Shown: positions 1-10,165, counted from the first letter of the stretch. The stretch: DNA of 64,000 bases from Verrucomicrobiota bacterium (GCA_050485245.1 JBJHBA010000013.1:56992-120991); one strand, 5' to 3'. Made by a program: numbers and translations. The notes: a model not told the origin generated them from the sequence alone.

Positions 1-1323
1 CTTGGCTTCCCAGTGGACGGAAGAGGCGATGAAGAGATTCACCAGAAGGGCATCGGAGCTTTGCCCGTAAATAAAACTGCCATACCGCCCGTGATTTTCC
101 ATTCCCGAACCGACACAGCACCAGAAACACTCTTCCGCTTGAGAATAGACCCGGTAATGGCCGGGGCGCAATGGTGTGAAATAGACGTAGCCTCCGTGCT
201 GAGGATGCTGACTGGAACGGATGTGATTAAATAGTGCCCGCTCATAATAATCGACCAGCCTCGGGGCGGCCTGCTCTTGAAAAAGCAGTTCCGTCAGCTT
301 GAGCATGTTGTAGGTGTTGCAGGTTTCCGGGCCTTCCCGGCTTTCCACCATTGCGGAAAAATCATCCCGCGGATGGAAGTGCTCGTGCACACTGTTGCCC
401 CCGATCACCACTGTGCGGTGGTCAACCACGGTTTCCCAAAAAAAGCGGGCGGCCTGCACCCAGTCCGGCTGTTCCGCTAATTGTCCCACCCGCAGGTAGC
501 CGATGACCTTGGGAATCTGCGTATTGGCGTGCAAGCCGGTCAAGGCATCCCTCGCTTCAAGGAGAGGATCCAAAATGGCCCGGTGACTGAATTGCCGGGC
601 CAGCCGGAGATGCGCCGGGTCACGGGTGTGGGCATAGATATCCGCAAAGATTTCATTCATTCCCCCATGTTCCGCCTGGAGCATCTGCTCAATCTGTGCA
701 TCCGACAAATCCTCCACCAAGTGAAGCGTCCAGTCCGTCAAACCGATCAAAATCTCACGCGCCTCCTCGTTTCCGGTCATAAACCAGACATCACGCAGCC
801 CCGCAAACAGCTTGTGCAGGTTATACCAAGGGACCCATTTCCCATTGAGGGTGAAGTTGCTCACATCGAGATTCCCCTTTGCCACTTCCTGCCACATTTC
901 GACCCCACCCGGGACCCCGCCCACATAGCCACTTTCCCCCGCTTCCTGACAGAGGCGCAACTCACGGATCATGTATTCCAGCCGCTGGCGGGCTTCAGCA
1001 TGACCCGTCACTGCCACGCTCTGAGCCAGTGCGGTGAGGTAATGGCCGGCGGTATGCCCATCCAGTCCGGTGGATTCCCAGTTCGGATAAGCGGGAGCCC
1101 GCGGTTCCAGCCCGGCCTCCCGCCGAAAAGGAGCCAGCAGCCGATCCGGATCGTGGGCCAGCAAATACGCAATATTGATCGTTTGCGCATCCAGAAAGGG
1201 ACCTTCTTCCAGTTGCACCGCCGAAAGGGGAAATAAGGAAACTGGCTCAAGGCCGTGCAAACCAGGGACCGCTCCAAGCATGAAAACACTTGTCAGACAT
1301 AGGAATAAAGAAATACGGGGCAT
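1..1323 (-). CDS. Glycoside hydrolase family 127 (DUF1680, beta-L-arabinofuranosidase-like); first 441 codons, 3' end beyond window edge
   Basis: Own minus-strand translation from ATG at 1323. It begins MPRISLFLCLTSVFMLGAVPGLHG (signal peptide) ...LSAVQLEEGPFLDAQ..DPDRLLAPFRREAGL..PAYPNWESTGLDGHTAGHYLTALA. The middle reads LTGLHANTQIPKVIGY. Near the edge it reads YFTPLRPGHYRVYS..CFWCCVGSGMENHGRYG. The frame stays open to position 1, so the ORF track lacks it (no in-window stop). Confidence 0.75.
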   Translation of the reverse strand, partial: MPRISLFLCLTSVFMLGAVPGLHGLEPVSLFPLSAVQLEEGPFLDAQTINIAYLLAHDPDRLLAPFRREAGLEPRAPAYPNWESTGLDGHTAGHYLTALAQSVAVTGHAEARQRLEYMIRELRLCQEAGESGYVGGVPGGVEMWQEVAKGNLDVSNFTLNGKWVPWYNLHKLFAGLRDVWFMTGNEEAREILIGLTDWTLHLVEDLSDAQIEQMLQAEHGGMNEIFADIYAHTRDPAHLRLARQFSHRAILDPLLEARDALTGLHANTQIPKVIGYLRVGQLAEQPDWVQAARFFWETVVDHRTVVIGGNSVHEHFHPRDDFSAMVESREGPETCNTYNMLKLTELLFQEQAAPRLVDYYERALFNHIRSSQHPQHGGYVYFTPLRPGHYRVYSQAEECFWCCVGSGMENHGRYGSFIYGQSSDALLVNLFIASSVHWEAK

Positions 1324-1423
1324 ACATCACATCATCCGGACAACCTTGCAGCTTGGCGAAACCGGCCAAACTTGACAGTCCAGCATGCTTCCTTCCTCCC
1401 TCCTCCTGCCTCCTTCCCCAAGC

Positions 1424-3982
1424 CTAGCGCCATTCGTGTTTGGGGTAGCGGCCTTTGAGGTCTTTTTTGACTCCGGCGTATGAGCCTTGCCAGAAAGCGT
1501 CGAGGTTGTCGGTCAATTGCACCGGTCGCTGGTTGGGGGCGAGCAGTTCGACTTTGAGCGGGAGGCGTCCGTTGGCCACGACCAGTTCCTTTTGGGGAAT
1601 ATCATAAAAATGCTGGAGTTTGGCCGAAGCAATGGCGGTGCCGTCGGCCTCATACCGGATCCGGGCGCGGTGTCCATTAGACAGCTCGATTCTCTCCGGG
1701 GCGTAGAGGTCAACCAGAGGAACGAGGGCGGGATTGAGCCAGGCACGCAGCTCCGGAAGCACCTCAATGTCTTTGAGGTCGCGGTGGTGGGTGACACCAT
1801 AACAGAGCTGTTCGATCACCAGTCGCCGGTCTGCTTCGGTAAACGGAGTAAAGCCGAGATCGGGGCAGGCACGGGCGAGGCAGTTCACCCGGGCAATCCA
1901 GTGATCGACGTTCTCATTCCACTTGCGCAAGGCGAGGCGCCCGGAGAGCACTTCCTCGGCAAAGGCCTCCGCTGCCATGGCTTGGTCAATCGTTTCGATC
2001 TCCTTGCGACGCAGGATCATCTGACGAAAACAGGTCTCCTCCCAGGCCTGTACCCGCTTGGCAGAGCGGTCGAATGCTGTCCGACGACGCACGGTAAAAT
2101 CCTCGGGAAACAGCTCTGCCAGCCAGGCTTCCTCAATGGCGGCATTTTGGGAGAGCAGCACGCTGACTTCCTTGCCCCGGGCGCGCTCCTCCATCGCCGT
2201 GGTCACGACCAGTTCGGCATCACGGGCCAGACTGTAGCGGTCGAGTTCACCCCGGCGTCCGGCAGAGGTTTCCACCGCATAATTCTGCCGGTTGAGGCGG
2301 CGGGCCACCTGATCGGGAAATCCGCTGAGGAGAACCTTGTGAATGGCTTCCCAGTCGGCTGCCACTTCCTCGGTGTCCAAGCCCTGGCGACGGGCAATAT
2401 CCATCAATTGACGGGCAACTTCTCCGGCCTGACGGGCGGCGAGAGCATGGATGCCATGATCCGCTGCCCAGCGCGGGTCAAACCGGTTCGCCGCGCAAAC
2501 ATTCCACGCCCGCAGTTGGGCCCAGTGATCGGAGGGTGGAGGTGGAAAATCGCCAAAGAGCAAGGCGTCACGGCGTTCCTCAAGTCCTTTTTCACGAACC
2601 GGTTGCAAAATACTGCGCCCCTCGGTCAGGGCCGAAAGCAGGCAAATACTCGGCACACAGCCCGCGCCATCGGCGGCCAGCAGCATGCGCGAAAGGCGTG
2701 GATGAAGCGGAAAGGCAGCCATCCGGCGTCCTTGCTCAGTCAGCTCGCCGCTGGTGTTGAGTGCGCCCAGAGCCTCCAGCAACTCCCTTCCTCGGGCAAG
2801 GTGCTCGGCGGGTGGTGCTTCAAACCAGGGGAAATCCGGATCGGCCCGGCCCTCGGCCGCTGCCAGTTGGAGGAGGATTTCCGCCAGCTCCAACCGGGCG
2901 ATTTCCGGTGCGAGCTGAGCCGGACGCCGGGCATGATCGGCCTGAGTCCAGAGTCGGATACAACGGCCGGGCGCAGTCCGCCCCGCCCGTCCCGCCCGTT
3001 GATCGGCGGAGGCCTGACTGATTTTCTCAATCAAAAGCGTGTTGAGCGCGCGCCGGGCATCATAGCCGGGAATCCGGGCCTGTCCGCTGTCAATCACAAG
3101 TCGAATGCCGGGTAGGGTGAGCGAGGTCTCTGCCACATTGGTCGAGACGATGACCCGCCCGTCGAGCTGACCATCACCCACCGCGGCATCCTGCTGCTCG
3201 GGAGTCTGTTCGCCGTGGAGGGCATGGATGGCCAGTCCACGGGACTCGGGCAGCGCCTGCAGGGCCTCAACCGTTTTCCGAATCTCAAAAGCCCCCGGCA
3301 TAAACACCAAGGTATTGCCCTCCAGCCCCTCACGGGCAGCGAGGCGAAAGGCTCTGGCGGCTGCCTCCCACACCGGAGTGTCCCGTCCCAGCTCGCTTTC
3401 CCTGGAGAAGCGGATCTCTATCGGAAAGGTCCGCCCCTCGGAGGCCAGACGGACACAAGGGGTCATAAACGACTCCAGCGCATCAGTTTGCAAAGTAGCC
3501 GACATCACCCCAAGGATGAGTTGCCGCCTGCCTTCCAACTGGCGGCGGCGGAGCAGGGCGAGGGAGACATCGCCATAGAGATGGCGCTCATGGAATTCGT
3601 CAAAAATGACCGCTCCAACGCCCTTCAATTCCGGATCCGTTTGCAGACGACGAAGCAGAACGCCCTCGGTGACAAAGAGAATGCGGGTCCGGGCGCTGGC
3701 TCTGCGCTCATGGCGAATCTGGTAGCCGACGATTTCGCCGAGGGAGGAGCCGGATTCCACTGCCACCCGCCGGGCCAGAAGACGGGCGGCCATCCGGCGT
3801 GGTTGCAGGACGATGACCTCGGGATGCTCGCTCCCCTCGAGGGCTTCAGCCAGAAAGGCGGGAACACGGGTCGATTTACCGGAGCCGGTCGGTGCGGTCA
3901 GGACAAAGTTGTGACGACTGGCGGCAGTCTCAAAAATCTGTGGTACCAGCTCATCGACCGGCAGGGGGGCCCTTGAAAACAT
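1424..3982 (-). CDS. hrpB: ATP-dependent RNA helicase HrpB (DEAH box)
   Basis: Track ORF 1424..4186. Motifs are TAPTGSGKSTRVP (Walker A), FDEFHER (DEAH box) and the C-terminal HrpB domain. Start moved to MFSRAPLPVDEL at 3982, because the 68 upstream in-frame codons are Arg/Pro-rich and not helicase-like. Confidence 0.9.
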   Translation of the reverse strand: MFSRAPLPVDELVPQIFETAASRHNFVLTAPTGSGKSTRVPAFLAEALEGSEHPEVIVLQPRRMAARLLARRVAVESGSSLGEIVGYQIRHERRASARTRILFVTEGVLLRRLQTDPELKGVGAVIFDEFHERHLYGDVSLALLRRRQLEGRRQLILGVMSATLQTDALESFMTPCVRLASEGRTFPIEIRFSRESELGRDTPVWEAAARAFRLAAREGLEGNTLVFMPGAFEIRKTVEALQALPESRGLAIHALHGEQTPEQQDAAVGDGQLDGRVIVSTNVAETSLTLPGIRLVIDSGQARIPGYDARRALNTLLIEKISQASADQRAGRAGRTAPGRCIRLWTQADHARRPAQLAPEIARLELAEILLQLAAAEGRADPDFPWFEAPPAEHLARGRELLEALGALNTSGELTEQGRRMAAFPLHPRLSRMLLAADGAGCVPSICLLSALTEGRSILQPVREKGLEERRDALLFGDFPPPPSDHWAQLRAWNVCAANRFDPRWAADHGIHALAARQAGEVARQLMDIARRQGLDTEEVAADWEAIHKVLLSGFPDQVARRLNRQNYAVETSAGRRGELDRYSLARDAELVVTTAMEERARGKEVSVLLSQNAAIEEAWLAELFPEDFTVRRRTAFDRSAKRVQAWEETCFRQMILRRKEIETIDQAMAAEAFAEEVLSGRLALRKWNENVDHWIARVNCLARACPDLGFTPFTEADRRLVIEQLCYGVTHHRDLKDIEVLPELRAWLNPALVPLVDLYAPERIELSNGHRARIRYEADGTAIASAKLQHFYDIPQKELVVANGRLPLKVELLAPNQRPVQLTDNLDAFWQGSYAGVKKDLKGRYPKHEWR

Positions 3983-4382
3983 ATCGACTGCATAGAGGAG
4001 CGCAGGGCAGGGGGCCAAGTGTAAACACGTCGGCAGAAAAGCCGCCCCGAGGTCCGTACATGTAGAAGCCGACCCGCCTATGGGCGGATCGGCTCTCGGA
4101 GGCCCCATTCTCATGGGGTAATCTCCTGCTATGGTCTCTGTCTCTCGCTGTCCTTGGCTATCTCTCTTTCGCCGCGCTCTCAACACGACGAAAAACCAAA
4201 TTTGTAAATTTTTTTACGTTTCTGTGCGCACCAATGCTGCGTGAAAGTGTCTGTTAAAAGAGCGAAGTGAAGGCTGAACCCTGTGTGGTTGGCTTCATAG
4301 GAATAGACCCCGAAAGGCAGGCGACGTTCATTTTCCTCACCGAATTTTAGACCTGCAGATCTAAAGTTTTTGCAACCCTTTT

Positions 4383-4670
4383 TTAATCAGGAGCTTTTAG
4401 TGAAACTACCGTAGCTCCCCAGCCCCCGCCACTCTGTCCGCCGGGGGCAAAAGACCGCACTCTTGGATCTTTTTGGAGGAAAGATTCCACCGTCCGCTTT
4501 ACCACGCCGATGCCTTTGCCGTGAATGACCCGGACCTCAAGAATGCCCTCCGCGAGGCACTCGTCAAAGTAGGCATCAAGCAGGGCGGCGGTCTCGCGCG
4601 GATGAAAAGTGTGGAGGTCGATCACACCGTTGATCGGCTGCTCAATCGGTTCAGGTTCCCACTCGTTCAT
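4383..4670 (-). CDS. Smr (small MutS-related) domain protein
   Basis: 95-aa ORF with VIDLHTFH ... VRVIHGKGIGVVKRTV, an Smr-type LDLHG/HGKG signature. Its start overlaps the queG stop by 4 nt. Confidence 0.8.
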   Translation of the reverse strand: MNEWEPEPIEQPINGVIDLHTFHPRETAALLDAYFDECLAEGILEVRVIHGKGIGVVKRTVESFLQKDPRVRSFAPGGQSGGGWGATVVSLKAPD

Positions 4671-5743
4671 GTTGTTTTCGGGTAGCGGCGGTTGATTTCA
4701 TCGATGGCCCAGTCGGCATGCTCCGCCAGCAAGGCATCCTCCCCCTCGCTCAACCTGCGGAGGGCAGCGCGGTCGTCGGGGGTGCCGGTATTGCCCAGCA
4801 CGATACAGCAGTTGCGTTTCCAGCGTTGAAGTCCACTGCGTTTCATCGGTGTGCCGACAAAGGTTTCGGCGAAGGTGGCCTCATCCCAGGCCAGCATTTC
4901 CTGTAAATCAGGGTAGGGACGGGCGGCCAGTTTGGACTCGCGCGTTTCCACCGCCCATTTGTTCCAAGGGCAAATATCCAGGCAGTCATCACATCCGAAG
5001 AGGTGATCGCCCATCGGGCGCCTGAACTCCATCGGGATGGCACCGGGATGCTCAATGGTAAGGTAACTGATACAGCGACTGGCATCGAGCTGATAGGGAG
5101 CGGTGATGGCCTGGGTCGGGCAGACATCGATACAACGGGTACAGGAACCGCAGCGATCCTGCATCGGGGAATCTGCCGGCAGGTCCAGCGTGGTCAGAAT
5201 GACGGCGAGAAAAAGCCACTGCCCATGTTCCTTGTTGATCGTAAGCGTGTTTTTGGCCTGCCAGCCGATCCCTGCGGCTGCGGCCACCGGCTTTTCCATC
5301 ACCGGGCCGGTATCGACATAGGGTTTTTGGGAACCACCCCATTCCCGCATCCGGGTGCAGAGGTGCTTGAGCCGCTTGAGCATGAACCGGTGGTAGTCGG
5401 CCCCGAGGGCATATTTGGCGATGCGCCCGCGCCGTTCCGGCTCAGGCTGGTAGTAATTAAGGCCCACCACCACAATCGAGCGGGCATCCGGCAAAACCCG
5501 ACGGGCATCGGTGCGCCGCTCCGGATCGCGGGACAGCCAGGCCATTTCCCCATGTTTTTGCGTATCAAGCCATTGTAAAAAATAGTCACGGCGCACATCC
5601 ACCTCGACCGGAGCCACTCCAAAGGCATCGAAGCCCAGCTCCCTGGCAAGGGATGCCAGCTCCGCTTTCTGTTCGGCCGGGTTGAGGGGAGGGGTGCTCA
5701 TCAGTTTTCCGATATTAAGCCAGAAGCCGGGTCCACCGATCAA
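4667..5743 (-). CDS. queG: tRNA epoxyqueuosine(34) reductase QueG
   Basis: Motifs are CGSCTRCIDVCPTQA, CISYLTIE and GCDDCLDICPWNK (two 4Fe-4S motifs), plus C-terminal HEAT-like repeats. A more likely start is MSTPPLNP at 5701. Confidence 0.9.
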   Translation of the reverse strand: MIGGPGFWLNIGKLMSTPPLNPAEQKAELASLARELGFDAFGVAPVEVDVRRDYFLQWLDTQKHGEMAWLSRDPERRTDARRVLPDARSIVVVGLNYYQPEPERRGRIAKYALGADYHRFMLKRLKHLCTRMREWGGSQKPYVDTGPVMEKPVAAAAGIGWQAKNTLTINKEHGQWLFLAVILTTLDLPADSPMQDRCGSCTRCIDVCPTQAITAPYQLDASRCISYLTIEHPGAIPMEFRRPMGDHLFGCDDCLDICPWNKWAVETRESKLAARPYPDLQEMLAWDEATFAETFVGTPMKRSGLQRWKRNCCIVLGNTGTPDDRAALRRLSEGEDALLAEHADWAIDEINRRYPKTT

Positions 5744-5896
5744 GGGATAAGTCGGGCCCCTTCACCCCACTCGAAATGGCCAGTGACACCGTGGCTGGAT
5801 GGCTTCATCACGAATGACTGAGCGAAACGCCACTGCAAGCGCCACGGTCACTTTCAGCAAGGAAAAGACCTGACTTTTTCGAGTGCGGATGCTCCG

Positions 5897-6355
5897 ATGG
5901 CTGCAATGACTCTGACGTTGAATCAACTACTGCTGATCCGGTATTGGCCTGATGTGCTGGGAATCCTCTTCGCGTTCCTCTCTGTCCTCCACGTTTATTG
6001 GGCATTTGGCGGCAAATGGGGCGGGCAGGTCACCATTCCACTGACAGAAGAGGGTAAACCACTCTTCCAAGCGGGACCGGCAGCCTGTCTGATCGTGGCG
6101 CTGGCACTGGGAGCTGCTGGCGTTTTAGTCGCTTTTCCCTCAGACCTGATCCGCGCAGGGGTTCCCGCCGGGGTGATTCAGGCTGGGCACTGGCTCTTAT
6201 TTGCCGTTTTCCTTCTGCGGAGTATTGGCGATTTCCGGTACGGAGGCCTTTTCCGAAGGGTCCGCCACACACCCTTTGCCCGCTATGACCGGATGCTATT
6301 CACCCCGCTCTGTCTGGTCGTGGCCTGCATGTTGTTGGTGCTGAATCTGAACTGA
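5897..6355 (+). CDS. DUF3995 family membrane protein
   Basis: 152 aa with 4 predicted TM segments. The LSVLHVYWAFGGKWGG motif is typical of DUF3995. Confidence 0.6.
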   Translation: MAAMTLTLNQLLLIRYWPDVLGILFAFLSVLHVYWAFGGKWGGQVTIPLTEEGKPLFQAGPAACLIVALALGAAGVLVAFPSDLIRAGVPAGVIQAGHWLLFAVFLLRSIGDFRYGGLFRRVRHTPFARYDRMLFTPLCLVVACMLLVLNLN

Positions 6356-6449
6356 GCCTTGCTGGGCCTGGAAAACAGGCTCAATCGACCGCGCGATCAA
6401 CAGAAGCCATGGATCATGTTCAAGAGTCATGCCTGCTCCAGGCATCTGC

Positions 6450-7925
6450 TTAAAGGGCCTTTTCCAGAAAGGCATGCAGCTTTTGGGCAAAGCCAGGGCC
6501 AATCCCAGGAACAGCAGTCAAATCATCGACCGTTGCCTGCCGAAGTTTGGCCAGGGTTCCGAAGTGATCGAGCAGTGCCTCTTTACGTTTGGGACCAAGG
6601 CCGCTGAAATCATCGAGGACGGACTCCTTCAACCTGCGGCTGCGCAGTTCAGCGTTGTAGGTGTTGGCCACGCGGTGGGCTTCGTCCCGAACCCGCTGGA
6701 GAAGCAGGCGGGCAGGGTCGGTGTCCGCCAACTTGAGGGGTTCGCGCTGGTCCGGAAAGACAATGGTCTCTTCCTTTTTGGCCAAACCTACCAGCGCTGG
6801 TGGCTCCAGGCCCTGTCCCAGAAAGGCTTTGAGCGCGGAGGCCACCTGTCCGCGCCCGCCGTCGATCACAATGAGGTCGGGGAAAGGCCGTTCTTCTTCG
6901 AACAAGCGACGGTAGCGGCGGCCCACCACTTCTTCCATCGCCCGGAAATCGTCATTCCCGATGAAACTCTTGATTTGATAGCGGCGGTATTGGGACTTGT
7001 CGGGCACGCCCTCGGTGAAGTGTACCATTGAGGCTACGCAAAAGGTCCCGGAAATGTGGGAGATATCAAAGCACTCGATATGGCGGGGTGGGGCGGGCAA
7101 CTGCAGCTTCTCGCCCAGACGTTCGAGAATGGGCAATGGATCGCGTGGGCGGCGCGGATCGCGCACAAACTTGCGGGTGCGGGAAATGGTGCCGCGCAGG
7201 GCCTGGATAAGGTCCCGCAACTCAGCGGCTTTCTCAAATGCGAGAGCGGCGGAGGCCTCCAGCATCTCTGTTTCCAGTTCCTTCAACCATTCCCGCGATT
7301 TGCCTTCGAGGAAGACGCAGGCCGAGCGCACGCGCTGATTGTAATCCGCCTCACTGACGATGTTGGCATGCCCATAAATCTCGGCCCGGATGTCGTCATA
7401 GAGCTGCCAGTGGCCGTCTTTCAGCCGCTGGGGGGAGGCATCGTGAAGAAGAATCCCGTATTTTACCCGCAGTTCAGCCAGAGTCTTGCGGACAAATCCA
7501 GAATGGGCAAAGGGGCCGAAGTAGAGCGACTGCTCATTCTGACGGAAACGCACCAGGCGAAAGCGGGGCAAGGGATTTTCCACATCGACCCGCACCATGA
7601 GGAAGCGTTTGTCATCGACGAAGTCGGTATTGTATTTCGGCTTCCACTCTTTGATCAGCTTTCCTTCGAGCAAGAGCGCTTCGCTTTCGCTGCGCACCTC
7701 GACGATTTCAAAATCGTGGATCAAGTCGATCATCGCAGCGACCTTGGGCTGTTGCCACTGCTTGCGGCGCGAATCCTGAAAATAGCTGGATACCCGACGC
7801 CGCAGGTTTTTGGCCTTTCCGACATAGAGGATGCCGCCAAAGCGGTCCTTCATCAGGTAGACGCCGGGGCCTTCCGGCAGGCGCCGGACTTTCTCCTTGA
7901 GTTTACTGCGGTCGGGAGGTGGCAT
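6450..7925 (-). CDS. uvrC: Excinuclease ABC subunit C
   Basis: Motifs are GIY-YIG (GVYLMKDRFGGILYVGKAKNLRRRVSSYF), a UVR domain (FEKAAELRDLIQAL), the endonuclease domain (ECFDISHISG) and a C-terminal HhH (AVPGIGPGFAQKL). Start set at MPPPDRSK (7925); the track ORF begins at 7970. Confidence 0.9.
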   Translation of the reverse strand: MPPPDRSKLKEKVRRLPEGPGVYLMKDRFGGILYVGKAKNLRRRVSSYFQDSRRKQWQQPKVAAMIDLIHDFEIVEVRSESEALLLEGKLIKEWKPKYNTDFVDDKRFLMVRVDVENPLPRFRLVRFRQNEQSLYFGPFAHSGFVRKTLAELRVKYGILLHDASPQRLKDGHWQLYDDIRAEIYGHANIVSEADYNQRVRSACVFLEGKSREWLKELETEMLEASAALAFEKAAELRDLIQALRGTISRTRKFVRDPRRPRDPLPILERLGEKLQLPAPPRHIECFDISHISGTFCVASMVHFTEGVPDKSQYRRYQIKSFIGNDDFRAMEEVVGRRYRRLFEEERPFPDLIVIDGGRGQVASALKAFLGQGLEPPALVGLAKKEETIVFPDQREPLKLADTDPARLLLQRVRDEAHRVANTYNAELRSRRLKESVLDDFSGLGPKRKEALLDHFGTLAKLRQATVDDLTAVPGIGPGFAQKLHAFLEKAL

Positions 7926-7988
7926 TTTATGACAGTCCTGATATAGTGTCTCTCTATCAGCGTTCCGCAAGGCGCGCTTGTATCCGTT

Positions 7989-9266
7989 ATGTCCCGTCCG
8001 CTCCGAGTCGAACTTCTTTGCCTTGGCGATGAGCTTTTACTGGGGATCCGCACCAACACCCACCTCGGATTCCTCGGTCAATCGCTCTCAGCCCATGGCC
8101 TGCCAGTCAGCCGTTCCCACGAGCTGCTCGATCAGCCTGCCCTCATCCGGGAGGTGTTCTCCGAAGCCTGGGCCCGAACCGATCTACTCATCACGACCGG
8201 TGGCCTCGGGCCGACGACGGATGACCTGACCCGCGAGACCATTGCCGAAGTATTGGGACGCAAACTGGTGCACTCCCCGGAGCAGGAAGCGCTTTTGCGG
8301 GATTTTTTTCAGTCCAGAGGCTACAGCCTGCCCACCAGCAACCTCCGGCAGTGCTACCTCATCGAAGGGGCGCAGGCACTCCACAATCCGCGGGGAACCG
8401 CTCCCGGTCAATGGCTGGAGGCCGACGGGAAAATTCTTATCATGTTACCCGGCCCGCCCAATGAGCTGACCCTGATGTGGGAAAAAGAAGCCCTCCCCCG
8501 GCTGGTGGCCAGGGAATGGGCGCGTCCCCGGGACCGATTCCTCCAGATCCGCACCAGCGGCATCGGCGAAAGCGCCCTCGCTGAAAAGATCGAGCCGATT
8601 CTGGCACCGCACGCTGACAAACTGCTGGTAGCCTACTGTGCCCACCCCGGCCACGTCGATCTGCGGCTCAGCCCGATTGGAAACGCACTGCGACAGGAGA
8701 CCTTGCAGGCGATCGGCGACCAAATCCGCGAAGTATTGGGCGATGATTTTTCCCATTTCGGGGAATGCGACTTGGCCGAGGTCATTATCCATGAACTGCG
8801 GGAGCGGGAACGCACCCTTGCCGTGGCCGAGTCCTGTACCGGCGGCCTGCTGGCCAGCCGCTTCACGGATATTTGTGGAGCCTCCCGCGTCTTCATGGGG
8901 GGCGCGGTTTGCTATCGGAACACAGTCAAAGAAAACCTGCTGGAAATCCCATCCGCACTGCTCAGTCAGCACGGCGCCGTCAGCCCGGAAGTGTCTGTGG
9001 CGATGGCGACCGCCGCCGCCGATCTCTTTGAGGCTGACTACGCCCTGAGTATCACCGGTTACGCTGGTCCCTGCGGAGGGCGTGAGCCACCGGGCACGGT
9101 TTATATCGGCCTCTCCAGCCCGCTGGGGGTCTGGTCTAAAAAGGTCGTCGCCCACGGGGATCGGGAGACGGTCAAACTGCGGGCCGTCAACGCTGCCCTC
9201 GATCTGCTCCGCCGCAAGATGCGCAAGTGCCAGGTTTATGATTTTCTCGACCGGCTCTGCATCTGA
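7989..9266 (+). CDS. cinA: CinA family protein (MoCF-binding domain plus NMN deamidase PncC domain)
   Basis: Motifs are LLCLGDELLLG and TTGGLGPTTDDLT in the N-terminal domain, and AVAESCTGGLLA in the C-terminal deamidase domain. Confidence 0.9.
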   Translation: MSRPLRVELLCLGDELLLGIRTNTHLGFLGQSLSAHGLPVSRSHELLDQPALIREVFSEAWARTDLLITTGGLGPTTDDLTRETIAEVLGRKLVHSPEQEALLRDFFQSRGYSLPTSNLRQCYLIEGAQALHNPRGTAPGQWLEADGKILIMLPGPPNELTLMWEKEALPRLVAREWARPRDRFLQIRTSGIGESALAEKIEPILAPHADKLLVAYCAHPGHVDLRLSPIGNALRQETLQAIGDQIREVLGDDFSHFGECDLAEVIIHELRERERTLAVAESCTGGLLASRFTDICGASRVFMGGAVCYRNTVKENLLEIPSALLSQHGAVSPEVSVAMATAAADLFEADYALSITGYAGPCGGREPPGTVYIGLSSPLGVWSKKVVAHGDRETVKLRAVNAALDLLRRKMRKCQVYDFLDRLCI

Positions 9267-9292
9267 TGGCATAAAAAGCGCATCCCGTTATC

Positions 9293-10165
9293 ATGAATCT
9301 CTTCTCTCTCGAGTTCTGGCTGCGCGAAATCACCATCGGCAATCTGGCTTTCTCTCCGCTCTCCATCCTCGGCGGATCCATCCTGCTGCTCGTTGTCATT
9401 CTGGTTCAGCGCATCCTGACCAAGGCCCTGCGCTACCGGATCTTTCCCCGTTTTGGCTTTGAGCCTGGCCTGGCCTTCGCTTACTCCGTCCTGGTCGGAT
9501 ATCTCTTTCTTTTCTTCGGCCTCGCCATGGTCCTGCCGATGGCCATCCGGGGTTTCAACTGGGCCACCCTCTCTGTCATTCTCGGTGCCATTTCCTTCGG
9601 TATCGGCTTCGGACTGCGCAACATCGCCGATAATTTTGTCTCCGGCATCATCATCCTGATGGAGCGCCCGATCAAAGTCGGGGACCGGATTGAGATGGGA
9701 GCACTGACTGGGAACGTAATTTCCATCAACGCCCGCAGCACCACGGTGCGGACCAATGATAATATCGACATCATTGTCCCCAACTCGCAACTCATCTCCG
9801 AGCAGGTGATTAACTGGAGTCACGGGGACCGAAAAGTGCGCTTCAAGATTCCTGTTGGCGTGCACTACAAGAGCGATGTCTTTGAGGTGCGCGATGCGCT
9901 CGTAGCCGCTGCCGTCAAAAATCCGCATGTGATGACGCAGCCCGCGCCCTCCGCCCGTTTTCTGGCCTTCGGGGATTCCGCTCTGGAATTTGAACTGCGT
10001 GTCTGGACCGAAACCCGCAGCGATAACCCCCGCGCCTTTCAGAGCGAAATGAATTTCCTGATCTGGGAGGAATTTAAAAACCGCAAAATCGAGGTTCCTT
10101 ATCCCCAACGGGACCTCTACATCAAGGAAATGCCCAGGGGAGAGACCGTCCTGGAAGAGGCTTAA
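9293..10165 (+). CDS. Mechanosensitive ion channel (MscS family)
   Basis: Three N-terminal TM helices, followed by ERPIKVGDRIEMGALTGNVISINARSTTVRTNDNIDIIVPNSQL (MscS beta domain). Confidence 0.85.
   Translation: MNLFSLEFWLREITIGNLAFSPLSILGGSILLLVVILVQRILTKALRYRIFPRFGFEPGLAFAYSVLVGYLFLFFGLAMVLPMAIRGFNWATLSVILGAISFGIGFGLRNIADNFVSGIIILMERPIKVGDRIEMGALTGNVISINARSTTVRTNDNIDIIVPNSQLISEQVINWSHGDRKVRFKIPVGVHYKSDVFEVRDALVAAAVKNPHVMTQPAPSARFLAFGDSALEFELRVWTETRSDNPRAFQSEMNFLIWEEFKNRKIEVPYPQRDLYIKEMPRGETVLEEA

Noticed and set aside
481-1236. 251-aa plus-strand ORF at the left edge
   Set aside because: It is the antisense shadow of the GH127 gene. The minus-strand frame translates into clear GH127 motifs (HANTQIPK, FWCCVGSGMENH) along the whole interval.
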